The translations under genes were made by a program, and so were the position numbers. A stretch of DNA of 64,000 nucleotides from Octopus vulgaris (lineage: Eukaryota), in contig OX597815.1 in NCBI GenBank assembly GCA_951406725.2, positions 139,438,001 to 139,502,000 on the forward strand, read 5' to 3'. How positions within the stretch are numbered: position 1 is the stretch's first letter; every line of letters begins with the position of its first letter. Below are positions 40,051-53,479 of this stretch, in pieces. The notes under the pieces are model-generated. The model was not told where the DNA came from. It searched no databases and saw only the letters and a program-made list of their open reading frames with translations.

Positions 40051-40492
40051 GAGTAAGAGAGCAGCGCTTACCACCCAAGTGACACCGGGGTAGAAATATA
40101 CGAAGCCCCATATACCTATCATGACTACCCGTCTGATAAGGGTGCACCAGGTACTTGCATTACAAACATATGTACGCGACATGATGATCTCATATCAAGA
40201 GAAACAGCCACACGACCTTGCCGGTGGGGCCCTGTAAAGGTTTTCTTCAAGTCGAGTAGCCCATCCTGCTCAAAAGTGCCATGAATAAGGTTTGTTTAAG
40301 GATGTTGAACAAAATACCCATGTTTCCAGTGGTGAATTATTCGAACGGGATTAGTAGACAGAACATTTTCTGAGCAGAACATTTTCTGTAGCCCATCTTT
40401 TGCACCATGACAATATATGTACATGATAGCACTTCCAATCAGTTAAGATCAAAACCCACGTGAGCCACTGTCTGGTACTACACCAGGGCATT
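40051..40492 (-). mobile_element. Family D copy (internally deleted)
   Basis: Reverse complement of 12103-12673 with both termini present; (ATT)n flanks. Confidence 0.8.
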
Positions 40493-40530
40493 TATTATTA
40501 TCATCATCATCATCATCATCATTATTCTTG

Positions 40531-40568
<38 letters not shown>

Positions 40569-40569
<1 letters not shown>

Positions 40570-42390
40570 TCAAATGGTCCTTGAATAATTGTCGTTTAAT
40601 GATGATGAACCAGTGAACTAAGGTAACACACCTTATTTTTAGAGCACCTTCCGGAGTATTCGAGCGGTTCCAAGCAAGGCTGTTTTCTGCAAGTGCTCCA
40701 CCCTTATTGCATCCCCTATTTGTTCCATGTACTTCTCAAGATTTTTACTCACTGTTCCCAGGGCTCCGACAATTATTGGTAATACTATCATCTTTTTCAT
40801 CGATCACATCTGCTTAACCTCCTAAACTAACCCGGCATGTCTATCGACATTTCTTTCTTCCTTATCGCATACCTTGTTATCAGCTGGGCATGCTATATCT
40901 ATGATCCAGCATTGTTTGCTTTCGTTCTCAATTCTATACTCTATCTCATGAACACACTGAATCATAAAATACCACAGAATCTTTGCATTATCATTATCGA
41001 CCAAGTAACACCAGAATGGTTGACATTGCGTAGGACAGTGCTGTGTTTGAAAAACATTGAAAAATGCAATACGGTTGACAATTATAGGCCAATGTCCTGT
41101 TTGCCACTAAAGTAGAAATTATTGACTGGAATACTCGCAGAATCAATGTACGAACATCTGGAAAAAATGGAGTCCTGCCACATGTCATGGATCGACTATC
41201 GTAAAGCGTACGATATGATCCCACACTCATGGATAATGGAATGTATGAACCTATTTGGTATTCCATCGAATTTTGAGCGATTGCTTGGAAAAAGTATGGC
41301 GAATTGGATGACGGACCTGACAGCATACGGAAGAAGTTTAGGGACAGTAGAAATCAGGAGGGACATCTTCCAAGGGGACTGCCTGTTCCCACTGATCTTT
41401 GTACTGTGCTTGATACCACTAACACTGATTCTCAGGAATGAAAAAGCTGGGTATGTATTTGAAAGCCGCCAACAAAAAGTCAACCATTTGTCTTACATAG
41501 ATGACCACGAACTTTATGGTAAAGATGAAGTCCAAGTCAGTTCCCTCGTTGATACAGTGTATACTTTCAGCGCTGATATCAGAATGGAGTTCGGACTGAA
41601 AAAGTGTGGCAAAATCAAATGTATGGACGGGATATCGATACCGTTGAGGGAGATTATGAAGCATATAGAAGAGACGGGCTATAAGTACTTGGGGATTTTG
41701 GAAATGGAAAAATTGATGGAGAAAGAAATGACATAAAAATTTAAGGTGGAGTATTCGCGCAGACTGAGACTGATCCTTAAGTAGAAATTAAACGGACGGA
41801 ATAAGTTTGAAGCTATCAACACCAGGGCGGTTTCACTCCTTAGATATGGACACGCCACCCAATAAGTGACACAGACATACTGTAAGTACCAAGAATAAAA
41901 GAGAGGTAAGAGGACTTAATGGATGCGAACACAGCATTAGAGCAGAAGAAAACAAAATAGTATGGTATATAAAGTATGCCACAGAACCACTATTATTAAA
42001 AATAAGAAAGTCAGGCCTGTGTAGGATGAAGGATTGCAAAGATAAAGCACTGTACAAGCAACTGAAACGAATGAGAGTGAAAATACGAATGACAAGAAAA
42101 AAGATGGCTGTGAATGACTAAAAGTGATTTAAAACCGGAAACGGAGGCTCTAATATGTGCTGCTCAAGAGCAAACACTAAGAACAAACTACATAAAATAT
42201 AGAGTAGACAGCACATCAGAAAGTGATAAGCGCAGGATCTGTGAACAAAATGGTGAAACCGTATGGCATATTACCAGCCAATGTACGCCACTAGCCACGA
42301 CAATATAGCAAGGCTTGTCCATTGGACACTTTGCAACAAGTATGGACTTGACAGAGCAAAAAATTGGTACGACCACAAACGCGAAGGCAT
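40569..42390 (-). mobile_element. Decayed R4/Dong-type copy with inverted 5' portion
   Basis: Minus 41002->40640 encodes [10 protein letters not shown]...IDIACP...IIVGALG...LLGTARILRKVL; plus 41003->42388 encodes TPEW...WIDYRKAYD...IFQGD...YIDDHELYG...HDNIARLVHW...WYDHKREG. Confidence 0.88.
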
Positions 42391-42431
42391 CATCATCATC
42401 ATCATCATTATTATCATCATCATCATTATTA

Positions 42432-42632
42432 AGGCGGCGAGCTGGCAGAATCGTTAGGACGCCGGACAAAATGATTAGCGATATTTCGCCCGTCTTTGCG
42501 TTCTGAGTTCAAATTCCACCGAGGTTAACTTTGTCTTTTAACATCTTGGTTTCGTAAAAATAAGTACCAGTGGAGCACTGGGATCGATGAAATTGATTTA
42601 CCCTATTCCTAAATTTCAGACCTTGTTCCTAT
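42432..42632 (+). mobile_element. SINE family 2
   Basis: GGCGGCGAGCTGGCAGAATCGTTAG...GAGTTCAAATTCC...AAAATAAGTACCAG. Confidence 0.85.
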
Positions 42633-44063
42633 AAAAGGACGGAATATTTTGTTATTATTATTATTATTAGCAGTAGTAGTAGTAGTAGTTGTAGTTGGTA
42701 GGAGAAGGAGGAAAATAGTTGTCCTTATATTCCGAATTTTCGTGATCGTCTTTCTATTTTGTTCTATATTCTTTAAGTTTTCTATCTCTTCTGTATCTTG
42801 ATCAATGTTCAAATTGGTGTTTTTGTTCTCCTTTGTCCTCCTCTTGCTCTTCTCTCTCTCTCATTCCACTTACGTCTCTTTTTTTGTTGTTTCGTCTTCT
42901 TTGTTCTCTTCTACATCCACATAATTTTTCGTCATTTCCCTTCTGCCTTTCTCCTTCGTTTTCTTCTACGCTTCTTCTTTCTCTTCCTCCTCATCTTCCT
43001 ATCACCTTTCTCTTATACTGTTGATCGTTTTTTTCCTTTTCCCCTTCCTTCATTCTTCACCTGTTCCTGCTCCTCCTTTTCCTCAATTTTTACTATTTCG
43101 TTGTTGTGGCAGTTATCCGCTTTCTTCTCTTCGCTCTGAGTGTTTTCTCGTGTTTCTCTTTCCTTTTCCTCTTGTTCTTGGATTCCCACTTTACTGTTTT
43201 GTTATCCTTCTTTTCCTTCTCCGTTCTCATATATTTTTCATTTTCCTTTCTCAGAATACTTTAGGTTTCAATGTTGTTTATAGTATTTTCAGTACATTAC
43301 GGGAAAATATCTTAAATATAAATTATGAGTGCTTTTTATCTTTGTGAAAAATTTCATGAAAATCTGAAAATAAATTTAAGTATAATTTTCTCATCTCCAG
43401 AAATTTTATTCACTCAATTTTCGAAATGTAGCCATTTTCGTTCTTCCCAAAATGTTTGAGTACTAAACATACAAAATATGAAAAATTGTTTAAAGGTGGG
43501 AATAAAATTAGCCCCCAAATAGAAAAAGAAAATTTTGAGAGAGCTATCCTTATTACGTCCAAGACTGTAGGAAGAAGGGTCAGAAGCTAATAGAATAGAA
43601 AGTTTTACATTCCTTCTTAAATAGCTAGCTAAGAAAACAATGAAGAAATAAAAACAGAATTAAAATGAATTTGAGAAATGGTTTAGAAATTCCGTTTGGG
43701 AAAAATGTGAAAAACAAACCAAGTGATAAATTTTAGATTTAAAACACTTTTTTTGCTTTTTGTTTATTTCAATTTTAAATTGTTGGAAATAATTCTGTTT
43801 GATATATAGAAATACAGGAAAAAATACAGAAATACAGAAAAAATTCTGATTGCCATAAAGAAATTTTTAAAAAAAATCTGATTGCAAACTATAAATCAAA
43901 CTACATAAGAATATGTAAGTACAGTATATCGATTTCATTCCACTCTTAAAGCAAAAAGATATTTTCGGTTAACGCACACACTACTATTAAGCTTATTGTA
44001 ACACACTATTGCATAAACCTTTTCATTGGCAACGAGTCGGCTTATATATGTTGCAGTTTATAA

Positions 44064-44200
44064 TGGTTTCTAATTTTGGTACGAGACCAGCAATTTCGGA
44101 GGAAGGGGTTAAGTTGATTACAATGATCCAAGTACTCAACTGGTACTTATTTTATCGACACTGGAAGGATGAAAAGTAAAGTTGGCCTCGGTGGAATTTG
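44064..44200 (-). mobile_element. SINE family 2, partial
   Basis: CTGGTACTTATTTTATCGAC...GGATGAAA...CCTCGGTGGAATTTG. Confidence 0.7.
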
Positions 44201-44377
44201 CTACAGTATATGTTGCAAAGTGTCTTGCAATTCTAAGTTCCAGTCAGGATTTCGTCTAGTTCCACCCCAACCTTTCAATACCGTGAAATAAGTACAGATA
44301 ATCTAGAATCACTACTTCAGCTGACTGTATCCAGTTTCTTAAAAAGAAATTGATTTTACTATTTCAGATGTTTTTCT

Positions 44378-44715
44378 AGGTGTATGTTAAGTACTCGCTT
44401 CGAAACCAGGTGTTTTCCATTGGCTTCAGCTTACGACAATTTGGGTAACATCTTGTCATAGCTCCGAGCCGGCTAATACCTTGTGAATGAATTTGATTTA
44501 TAGAAGCTGTGTGAAACTCCGTCATATATACGTGTGATGCGCAAGTGCTTTGTGTTTGTCTCTGCTAGTACTTGGCAACCAGTGTTGGTAGCCTAGCGGC
44601 TCGGCAAAAATTAAAAAAATAACAATACGTACCAGACGTTAAAGAAATAAATACAGGGGTCGATTTGATTGAGTAACTCCTTCAAAGCAGTCTCCAGCAT
44701 GGCTGCTGTCCAATG
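44378..44715 (+). mobile_element. SINE family 1, old diverged copy
   Basis: Degenerate match (CCTTGTGAATGAATTTG...GCGGCTCGGCAAAA...GGGGTCGATTTG...CCAGCATGGCTGC). Confidence 0.65.
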
Positions 44716-45337
44716 AGTGATGCAAAGGATTTGATTGCGTCTTAAGTCAAATAAACAGAATAAAATCGAAACCAATTTTATCGATGCTGAAAACAAACTT
44801 TACGTGCAACTAAAATATTCTGAAGGGAACGGTGATAAAGTTGCTAAAGATATAATACATCTGATTCGCTTATATTCTGGTGCCAGATCAACCTTTTTTG
44901 GAACACGCCGCAGATGTCATTGTATTGTGGTAATTGCAAACAAATATCGTCTTTCTTTCAATAGAAAGAGAAATCGATCTCTATGACCACTTTCAAATCT
45001 CAGCCTGTTCTCATTAAAGATACAACACCGTTAGAAGTACCCACTGAGAGAAATATAGCTATCAGCTAAATAGCTAATACTTTTATACAAATCCACATAT
45101 TATTAACTATGATATGCTTCAGGGTTCGTCTATATCTCCTATGTCTTACCTAACGATTTTTCCATTGATTTTTCTAGCTAAACTTCCCTATGTAAGTGAC
45201 ACCTCTCGCATTCCTACTTACAAATACTACACAAGCATATATGAGTATTGGTGTATTAAGAATATATTATATATGTGTGCCTGTGTACACACACATGCAC
45301 ACACGCATGCACGCACATACACACGTACCTACACACT

Positions 45338-45368
<31 letters not shown>

Positions 45369-45383
45369 GTATATATATATATG

Positions 45384-45460
<77 letters not shown>

Positions 45461-46247
45461 ATATATATATATATGTATATATATGTATATATATATATAT
45501 ATGTTTGTATGAATGTATGTATATATTCAGGTGGATGTATATCTTATGTATATAGGGTTGTTGAGTTGGGTTTTATGTATGTGCGTTTGCGTGTATAAAA
45601 ATATGCACTTCCGTTTGCTTATGTTGAGCAGGAATATATTTATGCGTATGCGATCTTCTCTGTGTATACAGCAATGTTTATTTCTTGTTGTATTACCACT
45701 TTGATAAACAAACATTTTAGAGTGTCAATAAGAAACAACCGCTAACATATTTATGGAACGGATGGCAAGATAAATGCCCAGAATAACATGCCAAAAATTT
45801 CATTCAGAATCCTGCAAACATTAATTAATCTATCTTCAACCCTACGTAATGAAGACAGACGCAGGCCAATTTTTCTTTTATTTGGTAATCAATTTATGTC
45901 CACTTCGTCCAAACTTTTTAACTATATTGTAGGGGATACTCCATCATGGTCGTAGTCTATGAGACTTCAGCCACACAATGAAGTTTAGGCTGTGTGTGTA
46001 TCTTGTATCTTGTATCTATGAGTCTAACGCAGGAGACGCCAGCAAAATAAATTATAATAAAATACTAAATATTTATACATGTCCATATGTTTGTACAGAT
46101 TGCACATGTTTATAATGGAAATTAATATATTTTTCATTTGTACACATGCGCACACGCATACGTGTATAATAAATACAGATGCGTGTATGTAAGTATGTAT
46201 GTATAGGTGTAAATACACACACACACATTCACACACATATGTGTTTC

Positions 46248-46278
<31 letters not shown>

Positions 46279-46279
46279 G

Positions 46280-47178
46280 TAAGTGGTCAGATCAATAAGT
46301 ATCCGGACTGTTGCCAGAGTAACGAAGCCAAAGCACGCAGAGTGAAGTCGCTTGGTAAACATTCATCTTGAACCCTACTGAGCATGCGAACTAAGTTTTA
46401 ACTTTGTAGCTCACTTCCGCTGTTTATAGCAGTACTTGGAAGGAAGGTGTGTAACATATGATCGTCCCATTGAGCATGATAGAGAAAGTTGAGCAGAGAA
46501 TCTGCATAAAATTTTACCCAAAGCTTGGTGATACCTACTCAGAGGGCTACCCAAAGTTTTCAATAAGTTTTCATCGTTCTCGACACAATCAAGGAGATCT
46601 TTTGCAACTGAAACCTGAGTGTCCTTTTGGTCAGCTGAAATGTGTTTTAGCACAAACTTGGCAGACACGCGTCTCATACCCAAATCTTCAGTGATATTGG
46701 ACTGAACTGAACCGTGACTAATCTGCACATTCTCTGATAACTCATGGATGGTTATTCAATATTTCCCCTCACAGCTGCACGCACATCTGCGATGCTTTTC
46801 TCAATTCTGCTGGTTTCAGATCTCCCAGAACTTTCATCAATATCGACATTTTTTCGGCTGTCTTGGAAACGCCTGTACCATTCGTACTTTTGTGGGCGGC
46901 TGATACACTCCTCTCCGTACACTTTCTGCAACATTGCGTTGGCCTCTGAGCAAGTATCGCCATGACAATTTTCTCTGTCATGGTCAATGCGACGATCGCA
47001 CGCTACACACCTTCCTTCCAAGCACTGCTGTAAACAGCAGAAGTAAGCTATAAAGCTAAAACTTATTTCGCATGCACAACAAAGTTCAAAATCAATATTT
47101 GCCGAGTGGTTTCACCCTTAGTGCTTTAGCATCGTTACTATGGCAACAGCCCAGATACTTATTGGTCATACGTCGTAT
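46280..47178. mobile_element. Palindromic mariner derivative made of two head-to-head 5' ends
   Basis: ~210-bp inverted arms starting CAATAAGTATCCGGACTGTTGCCA; plus arm encodes MIEKVEQRICIKF; minus arm encodes MLQKVYGEECISRPQKYEWYRRFQDSRKNVDIDESSGR...EDLGMRRVSAKFV. Confidence 0.85.
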
Positions 47179-47907
47179 ATATGATGCTTGTAATAAAATA
47201 TAGCAGTAAAATATGCCATGATAATCATTGTTATCAGAAGCAGTCAATACAAAGTCTTGAGTCCTAATATTAAAACTAGAGCGCTCTCCTCCATGGATTT
47301 CTACATAAAGCTGCTAAAATCTTTTCGTTCAAACTCTTTTTATCACTTTTAACCACATCCTTCTATCTCTAATTCCTATTACCACTAACCCTGTAGTGCT
47401 TAGATTATTCCCTGATTCCTCGTACTGCAAGCAGAGCTATCTATAAATCATTTGTCTTTGTAACCAAGCTTTATCCAAATGAGGGCTCCCTACGCCAATA
47501 TCTCTTCAATAATACAAACCATTGTTTTTTTTTTCTGGGGTGGTGTAATTTCTGTCCTTGTCTTTGTAAGTGATGCAAATAATCTATCTCGAATCTCAAG
47601 TCATAAATGCTTAAAGATTTTTTCGTTCTTTCATTTACTTTTAAGCCATTTATCTATTTGCGATACATCTTCTATACTTCTGATCCATAAAATGAGATGG
47701 ATAACACTATTGCTCAGTATACTTTGCACATCGCTTAAAACTTTCTAATTTCAACATAGCCTGAAATTTCGTTTGACACCTAGTTTTACAATTACTACTT
47801 ACTGTATAGCACATATAGACACGGCGGTTTGCCTCTAGTAGCGTCTAGGCTTAGATTACGCTACCTCATTTGCGTCATCACCTGGTTGATTCTGTACTTC
47901 AGTCTTC

Positions 47908-48070
47908 TTGGCTTCAAATTTTAGCAGAAGACCAGCAATTTCCGAGGAGGGGTTAAGTAATCACATCGAACCCAGTACTCAACTGGTACTTTTTCTTTAT
48001 CGATTCCGAAAGGATGAAAGGCAATGTCGACTTTGGCGGAGTTTGAACTCTGGACGAAATGCCGCTGAGT
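47908..48070 (-). mobile_element. SINE family 2, partial
   Basis: CAACTGGTACTT...GAAAGGATGAAAGGCAATGTCGAC...GAGTTTGAACTC. Confidence 0.7.
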
Positions 48071-48192
48071 ATGTTTGCTCTGTGCGTTAATATTCAAGTC
48101 CAACTTTGTAGCTGCACCACCAAAACCATCTACCAGGACCTGCATGTCCTCTTCAATAAAATCCACAAAGAGATGCCATTAGCAACCTTCTA

Positions 48193-48575
48193 GGCATAAC
48201 TATGTGGTAAGAATCTTGCTTCCCAACTACATGGTTTGGGGTTCCGTCCTACATGTTGAAACATTGGGTAATTGTTTTCTACTATAGACCCCAGCCGACC
48301 AAGGCCTTGTGAGTCGATTTGGTGGACGAAACTGAAAGAAGTCTGCTGTTCATGTATATATGTCTGTGTGTGCCTGCGTATGTCTCATACCACCACTTGT
48401 CGATCAGTCTTGGTTTGTTTACGCCTCCGTAACATAGCGGTTCGGCAAAAAGACAATGGCAGAATAAGTACCAAGCTTTAAAATAAGTATTGAGACCGAT
48501 TTGTCGACGAAAACCCTCAAGGCAGTGCCCCAGCATGGCTGAAATTCAGTGAACGAAACAAGTAAAGGATAAAAG
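48193..48575 (+). mobile_element. SINE family 1, diverged
   Basis: Collinear with the adjacent 48769-49169 copy. Confidence 0.75.
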
Positions 48576-48768
48576 ATAATATAAGCGCATAGCACCCTCA
48601 TTCATGAAAGACCTCACTTGCAGAGAGGGAGGAGACGCATCAGATGTGAATTCATGTATACACACACACACTCACACACATACACACACACGCACTCTCA
48701 CGCATACACGCCCGCACACACCGCACACACATGTATGCGCGCGTGCATATATATGTATATATATATAT

Positions 48769-49168
48769 AGGCGCAGGTGTGGCTGTGTGGTAAGTAGCTT
48801 GCTAACCAACCACATGGTTCCGGGTTCAGTCCCACTGCGTGGCATCTTGGGCAAGTGTCTTCTGCTATAGCCCCGGGCCGACCAATGCCTTGTGAGTGGA
48901 TTTGGTAGACGGAAACTGAAAGAAGCCTGTCGTATATATGTATGTGTGTGTATGTGTTTGTGTGTCTGTGTTTGTCCCCCTACCATTGCTTGACAACCGA
49001 TGTTGGTGTGTTTACGTCCCCGTCACTTAGCGGTTCGGCAAAAGAGACCGATAGAATAAGTACTGGGCTTACAAAGAATAAGTCCCAGGGTCGATTTGCT
49101 CGACTAAAAGGCGGTGCCCCAGCATGGCTACAGTCAAATGACTGAAACAAGTAAAGGAGTAAGTAAGA

Positions 49169-49169
<1 letters not shown>
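48769..49169 (+). mobile_element. SINE family 1, young full-length copy
   Basis: tRNA-like head GGCGCAGGTGTGGCTGTGTGGTAAG...GGTTCAGTCCC, CORE-like CTTGGGCAAGT, internal TA/TG repeat, 3' GACTGAAACAAGTAAA. Confidence 0.9.
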
Positions 49170-49207
<38 letters not shown>

Positions 49208-49208
<1 letters not shown>

Positions 49209-49849
49209 CAAAGCAACAAGAATAGATCGGTAGTTTAGTACAGTTGTTTCATACTATAAACATTTTATTAAAACTGCAAAAATTACAGCAAATATACACC
49301 CCCATATATATTTTTTCTCCTGTTCTTTACTCTAGCTAGTCAGCTTTCTTGACCTATCTTTCATACTACTATAGAATTTTTGTTTGCAACAGTTAGATGC
49401 GAACTTAATCGTGGTCTGATCGGCATCTTTCCTCATGTTCCTTGAAATTTATATCCACATCTTCATGAGTATATTTACCTTCTCTGGGATGTCAATAATT
49501 AATTTAAGAACTTTGTATTGTTGGAAAACTTATATGGTCTGCTTGGAATCTTACTTCAAGTTACTGGAACTCACATCTATAACTTTATAAGTATATTTAC
49601 ACTCTCTAAGATGTTTGGAAAACCTATATAAAATTTAGCTGAAGATTACTTAACATTATATTTGCTGTAATTTTCGCAGCTTTAATAAAATGTTTATAAT
49701 ATGAAACAACTGTACTAAACTACCGATCCATTCTTGTTGCTTATTTTTGGTTTTAATCACCCCACATAATTTTATGAGTAATACCATTAAAAAATTCTAG
49801 TGCATCTAAGTTAAGTACCATATTCATTTGAATCTAAATTGTTTTGCTG

Positions 49850-49850
<1 letters not shown>
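49208..49850 (+). mobile_element. Hammerhead module with inverted 5' arm between (TA)n tracts
   Basis: ~85-bp inverted repeat 49211-49296 / 49657-49742; HHR 49634-49719: TTTAG-CTGAAGA...GAAAC-AACT-GTA-CTAAA. Confidence 0.75.
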
Positions 49851-49897
<47 letters not shown>

Positions 49898-49907
49898 ATA
49901 CATATAC

Positions 49908-51090
49908 ATTTGAATAATGTGGGAAAAGGAATTTATAAATGTATAGTAATTTCTAAAAATAATAATAATAAATATATAAATAAGGTATATATAGGATCTA
50001 TAGCTAATGAAATTAGAAAAAGAATATCTCAGCATTGCAGACTTTCAAAAACCCCAATTTTATTAAGTTCACAGTTTTAAGCAAATATATGTGGGAATTG
50101 AAATATAGAAAAAATGAGTACACCTTTAGTTGGAGTATAATAGGTAGAGCCTACTCTTATAATACTGGGAATAAAATGTGCGTATTATGTATAACAAAAT
50201 TTATGAAACTGTTACAGTCTAGAGACTAATTACTAAATACATACGAAGAAGTAGGAGACACCAAAGTAATTTTACTTTCAATAAAATGAAATAGTGATCC
50301 GTCCTGCCCCCGCTTGATTCTCATCATATCACACTTTTGGTTTCTGCAGTACTGGAATAGATTATATAAATAATTTAATTAATTAATTAATTAAATATTA
50401 TGAAATATTACATTATAACACATTATATTTATATCCCTCAAAATAAATGGATAGACTATATTAATAGAAACAGAAAATTTATTAAAACTTTGCATAATGG
50501 AATTACCCACCTTAGAACTAACCACCAATAATTTCCCATAATGCTCTGCTGTATTCACTTCCTCTAATCGCCATTTTGAATGACATCTTGACCATATCAC
50601 AACTGGATATGTATCTTTATTTTTTGACATTTAATCATAGATCTCTTCATTCTGATTTATAATTTTATAATTTTATGATTTAATATTGGACATTCTATAT
50701 TTGACATTCTAAGTGTGATATACGTATGCTAATTTATATTTATAATTTATAATATTTTAATTCTTAATTTTGTAATGTTTATTTTCTTAATTTTTGATTT
50801 AACGCTTAATTATTATGATGATGTAAAACAACTGAACATTATTATGAAAAATGAATCTGAAGATATGTTGATAGAATTATATACATGATCATTACATATA
50901 TTCTGATCTTCCAATACTGAAACGCGTGTAGTTCCTTTATAATTATAATTTTAACTTAAGTAAGCGGTAATTAAGATAGTATAGTTCATATCTTGCTACT
51001 GTACTGGTTATATCATCAAGTATTATTTCTTGATGCGCATATAAATACCACGAATTTTCCATCATAGATACTCGTTATGTTCCTTTTGCA
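49908..51090 (+). mobile_element. Penelope-like element 3' portion: GIY-YIG endonuclease remnant, 3' UTR, hammerhead
   Basis: GIYKC...VYIGS....IRKRISQH...LSKYMWELK...WSIIGRAYSY....CVLC; HHR 50853-50934 CTGAAGA...GAAAC-GCGT-GTA. Confidence 0.82.
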
Positions 51091-51187
51091 TTATCTGAAA
51101 TGGAATACCCACAAATCTACTGATTGAAATTCCAATAACTGAACTATGCATGCATACATACATACATTGAGACGCGCGCGCACGCAC

Positions 51188-51268
<81 letters not shown>

Positions 51269-51271
51269 AAT

Positions 51272-51627
51272 GGAGTTAAACGCAAGTGTTATTCAAATTC
51301 TTTTACTTCCAACACATGTTTCTAAGATATCACTGGTATTATTCCAAAGGAATAAAATGGTGTAACACAATGTAATCTTCTCTTCGGGGAAGTGAAGAAA
51401 TGAGACTCGTCAATAAGACATTTTAACAGAAATTTTATTCCTTTGGAATAATATCAGTGATATCTTCGAAACGTGTCGGAAGTAAAAGAATTTGAATAAC
51501 ACCTGAGTTTAAAATTTCACGTAAACCCGAAGTTTCTACCTTTAAAAGCAAGGAGTTACAACCTTTTTACTTGTGTGATTTTTTCCTACCCTGGTAACTA
51601 TTTATCTATTTTTCCGTGTTAATTGTT
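51272..51627. mobile_element. Hammerhead module with inverted arms
   Basis: ~85-bp inverted repeat 51272-51358 / 51432-51518; HHR minus 51306-51392: CTTCC-CCGAAGA-GAAGAT..ATCTTA-GAAAC-ATGT-GTT-GGAAG. Confidence 0.75.
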
Positions 51628-51630
51628 AAT

Positions 51631-51948
51631 AGCCGCAGGAGTGGCTGTGTGGTAAGTAGCTTGCTAACCAACCACATGGTTCCAGAGCCCCGGGCCGACC
51701 AATGTCTTGTGAGTGGATTTGGTAGACGGAAACTGAAAGAAGCCTGTCGTATATATATATATATATGTGTGTATGTGTTTGTGTGTCTGTGTTTGTCCCC
51801 CTAGCATTGCTTGACAATCGATGCTGGTGTGTTTACGTCCCCGTAACTTAGTGGTTCGGCAAAAGAGACCGATAGAATAAGTACTGGGCTTACAAAGAAT
51901 AAGTCCAGGGGTCGATTTGCTCGACTAAAGACTGAAACAAGTAAAAAA
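51631..51948 (+). mobile_element. SINE family 1 with two internal deletions
   Basis: Near-identical to 48769-49169 apart from the deletions. Confidence 0.85.
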
Positions 51949-51989
51949 AACAGGGAAAAATACACACATCTATTTATACAACGCAAATT

Positions 51990-52373
51990 GAGAGACAGTT
52001 TTGTGCTATTTCATGGGCTCCTAAGGAGCGTTTTGTTCGAATACCTTGCTGCGCATTTGTTTTGGAGTTTTAAATTCCTGGATTTTCCTGAAGAGAATGC
52101 TGCAAAATGGTCTCCTTATTCAGTCCGAATTTGGAAATTTGCGGACTTTGAAACATGTGTAGAAAATAATAAAAGGAATTCTGTAGAATCTTCGTTCAGC
52201 TCCATTTCTTCCCTTCACTAAATATATTAAACTTCAATTATCCGCGCTAAGGCACGGTTGCGACACCCCAAGGTCGTAACTCCAACCGTGTTTTTTCTGT
52301 TGTGACTTTTGCTACCCAGGTATCGGTTAAATTTTGAATAATCCTTAACAAGATAATTCATTTATCCATTTCA

Positions 52374-52378
<5 letters not shown>
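51990..52378 (+). mobile_element. Hammerhead module family C
   Basis: Homologous to the reverse complement of 29951-30306; HHR 52083-52166: TTTTC-CTGAAGA...GAAAC-ATGT-GTA-GAAAA. Confidence 0.75.
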
Positions 52379-52441
<63 letters not shown>

Positions 52442-52446
52442 GTATA

Positions 52447-52698
52447 ATAAGGAAAAATTTTTTTAAAATGCAGAATGCTCAAATGAAAGAAAATTTTAAT
52501 AGAATGAGAAATTGATAAAATATATAAATATATATTAAGTATATATATATATAAATATATATTTATATATTTTATCAATTTCTCATTCTATTAAAATTTT
52601 CTTTCATTTGAGCATTCTGCATTTTTAAAAACTTTTCCTTACTTATCATTTCTCCACGTGCGGTCAACACAACCCCACCATTTATTGATCTGTATATG

Positions 52699-52729
<31 letters not shown>

Positions 52730-52890
52730 GTATGTATATACTGCACTTCATACTCAAGGCTCCGATGAAGCTGCAAAGCGTTACTCAGGCAATCAGTTAT
52801 ACTTGTAGCAGAAACAGATGTAAGCTAACGTGGTTCATAAGATAATCGTTTATTACTTTGTCGTCGGAAATTGATGGTCACCGCTTCTTT
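52447..52890 (+). mobile_element. Inverted-repeat module followed by a minimal hammerhead
   Basis: ~88-bp inverted repeat 52449-52537 / 52555-52641; HHR 52758-52826: GGCT-CCGATGA-A-GCTGCAA..TTGTAGC-A-GAAAC-AGAT-GTA-AGCT. Confidence 0.65.
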
Positions 52891-52899
52891 CTTCGTCGT

Positions 52900-53237
52900 G
52901 AATTTCGGTACGACAGGCTGCAAACTCCCTATACCACTTGCAGACGTTTTTTGACATCCATGCACACTCGCCATACACTTCCGTTAATTAACAATGAATT
53001 TCAATCGGTTTAATGCCTTTTGCGTTCAAAAACCGAATAACTGCGTGAACCTCACGCTTGGTGGTAGCTGTATCAGATACCATTGCCACACCAAAACTGA
53101 GCGTGGTAGCAAGGCGCACGCAGGAGCAGGTGTAAGCGCATGCTCGACAAACAAAATAGTGTTGCCAATAGCCGCACGCATAGTTTCCTTGAATCTCGCC
53201 AACGTTTGGAGTCTTTACTTTTGGGATTACCCTCGTA
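52900..53237 (-). mobile_element. Mariner 5' fragment (TIR and transposase N-terminal HTH remnant)
   Basis: TACGAGGGTAATCCCAAAAGTAA terminus; KGIKPIEIHC*LTEVYGECAWMSKNVCKWYREF. Confidence 0.75.
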
Positions 53238-53406
53238 TGTGTTTGTTAATAGTGATCAAATGTTTGTGTTCATATAAGCTCACTCCCTCCATCAAATCGA
53301 TATTACCTGAACAGGTGCACCATGTGTCACATGTCAGATGACATGAGCAACGTGAAATGAAGTGTTTTGCTCTCTCATACGCACACACACATGCGCGCAC
53401 GCACAC

Positions 53407-53479
<73 letters not shown>

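Noticed and set aside
48769-48845. tRNA-like sequences at SINE heads as tRNA genes
   Set aside because: They continue into multi-copy SINE bodies and do not form a complete cloverleaf
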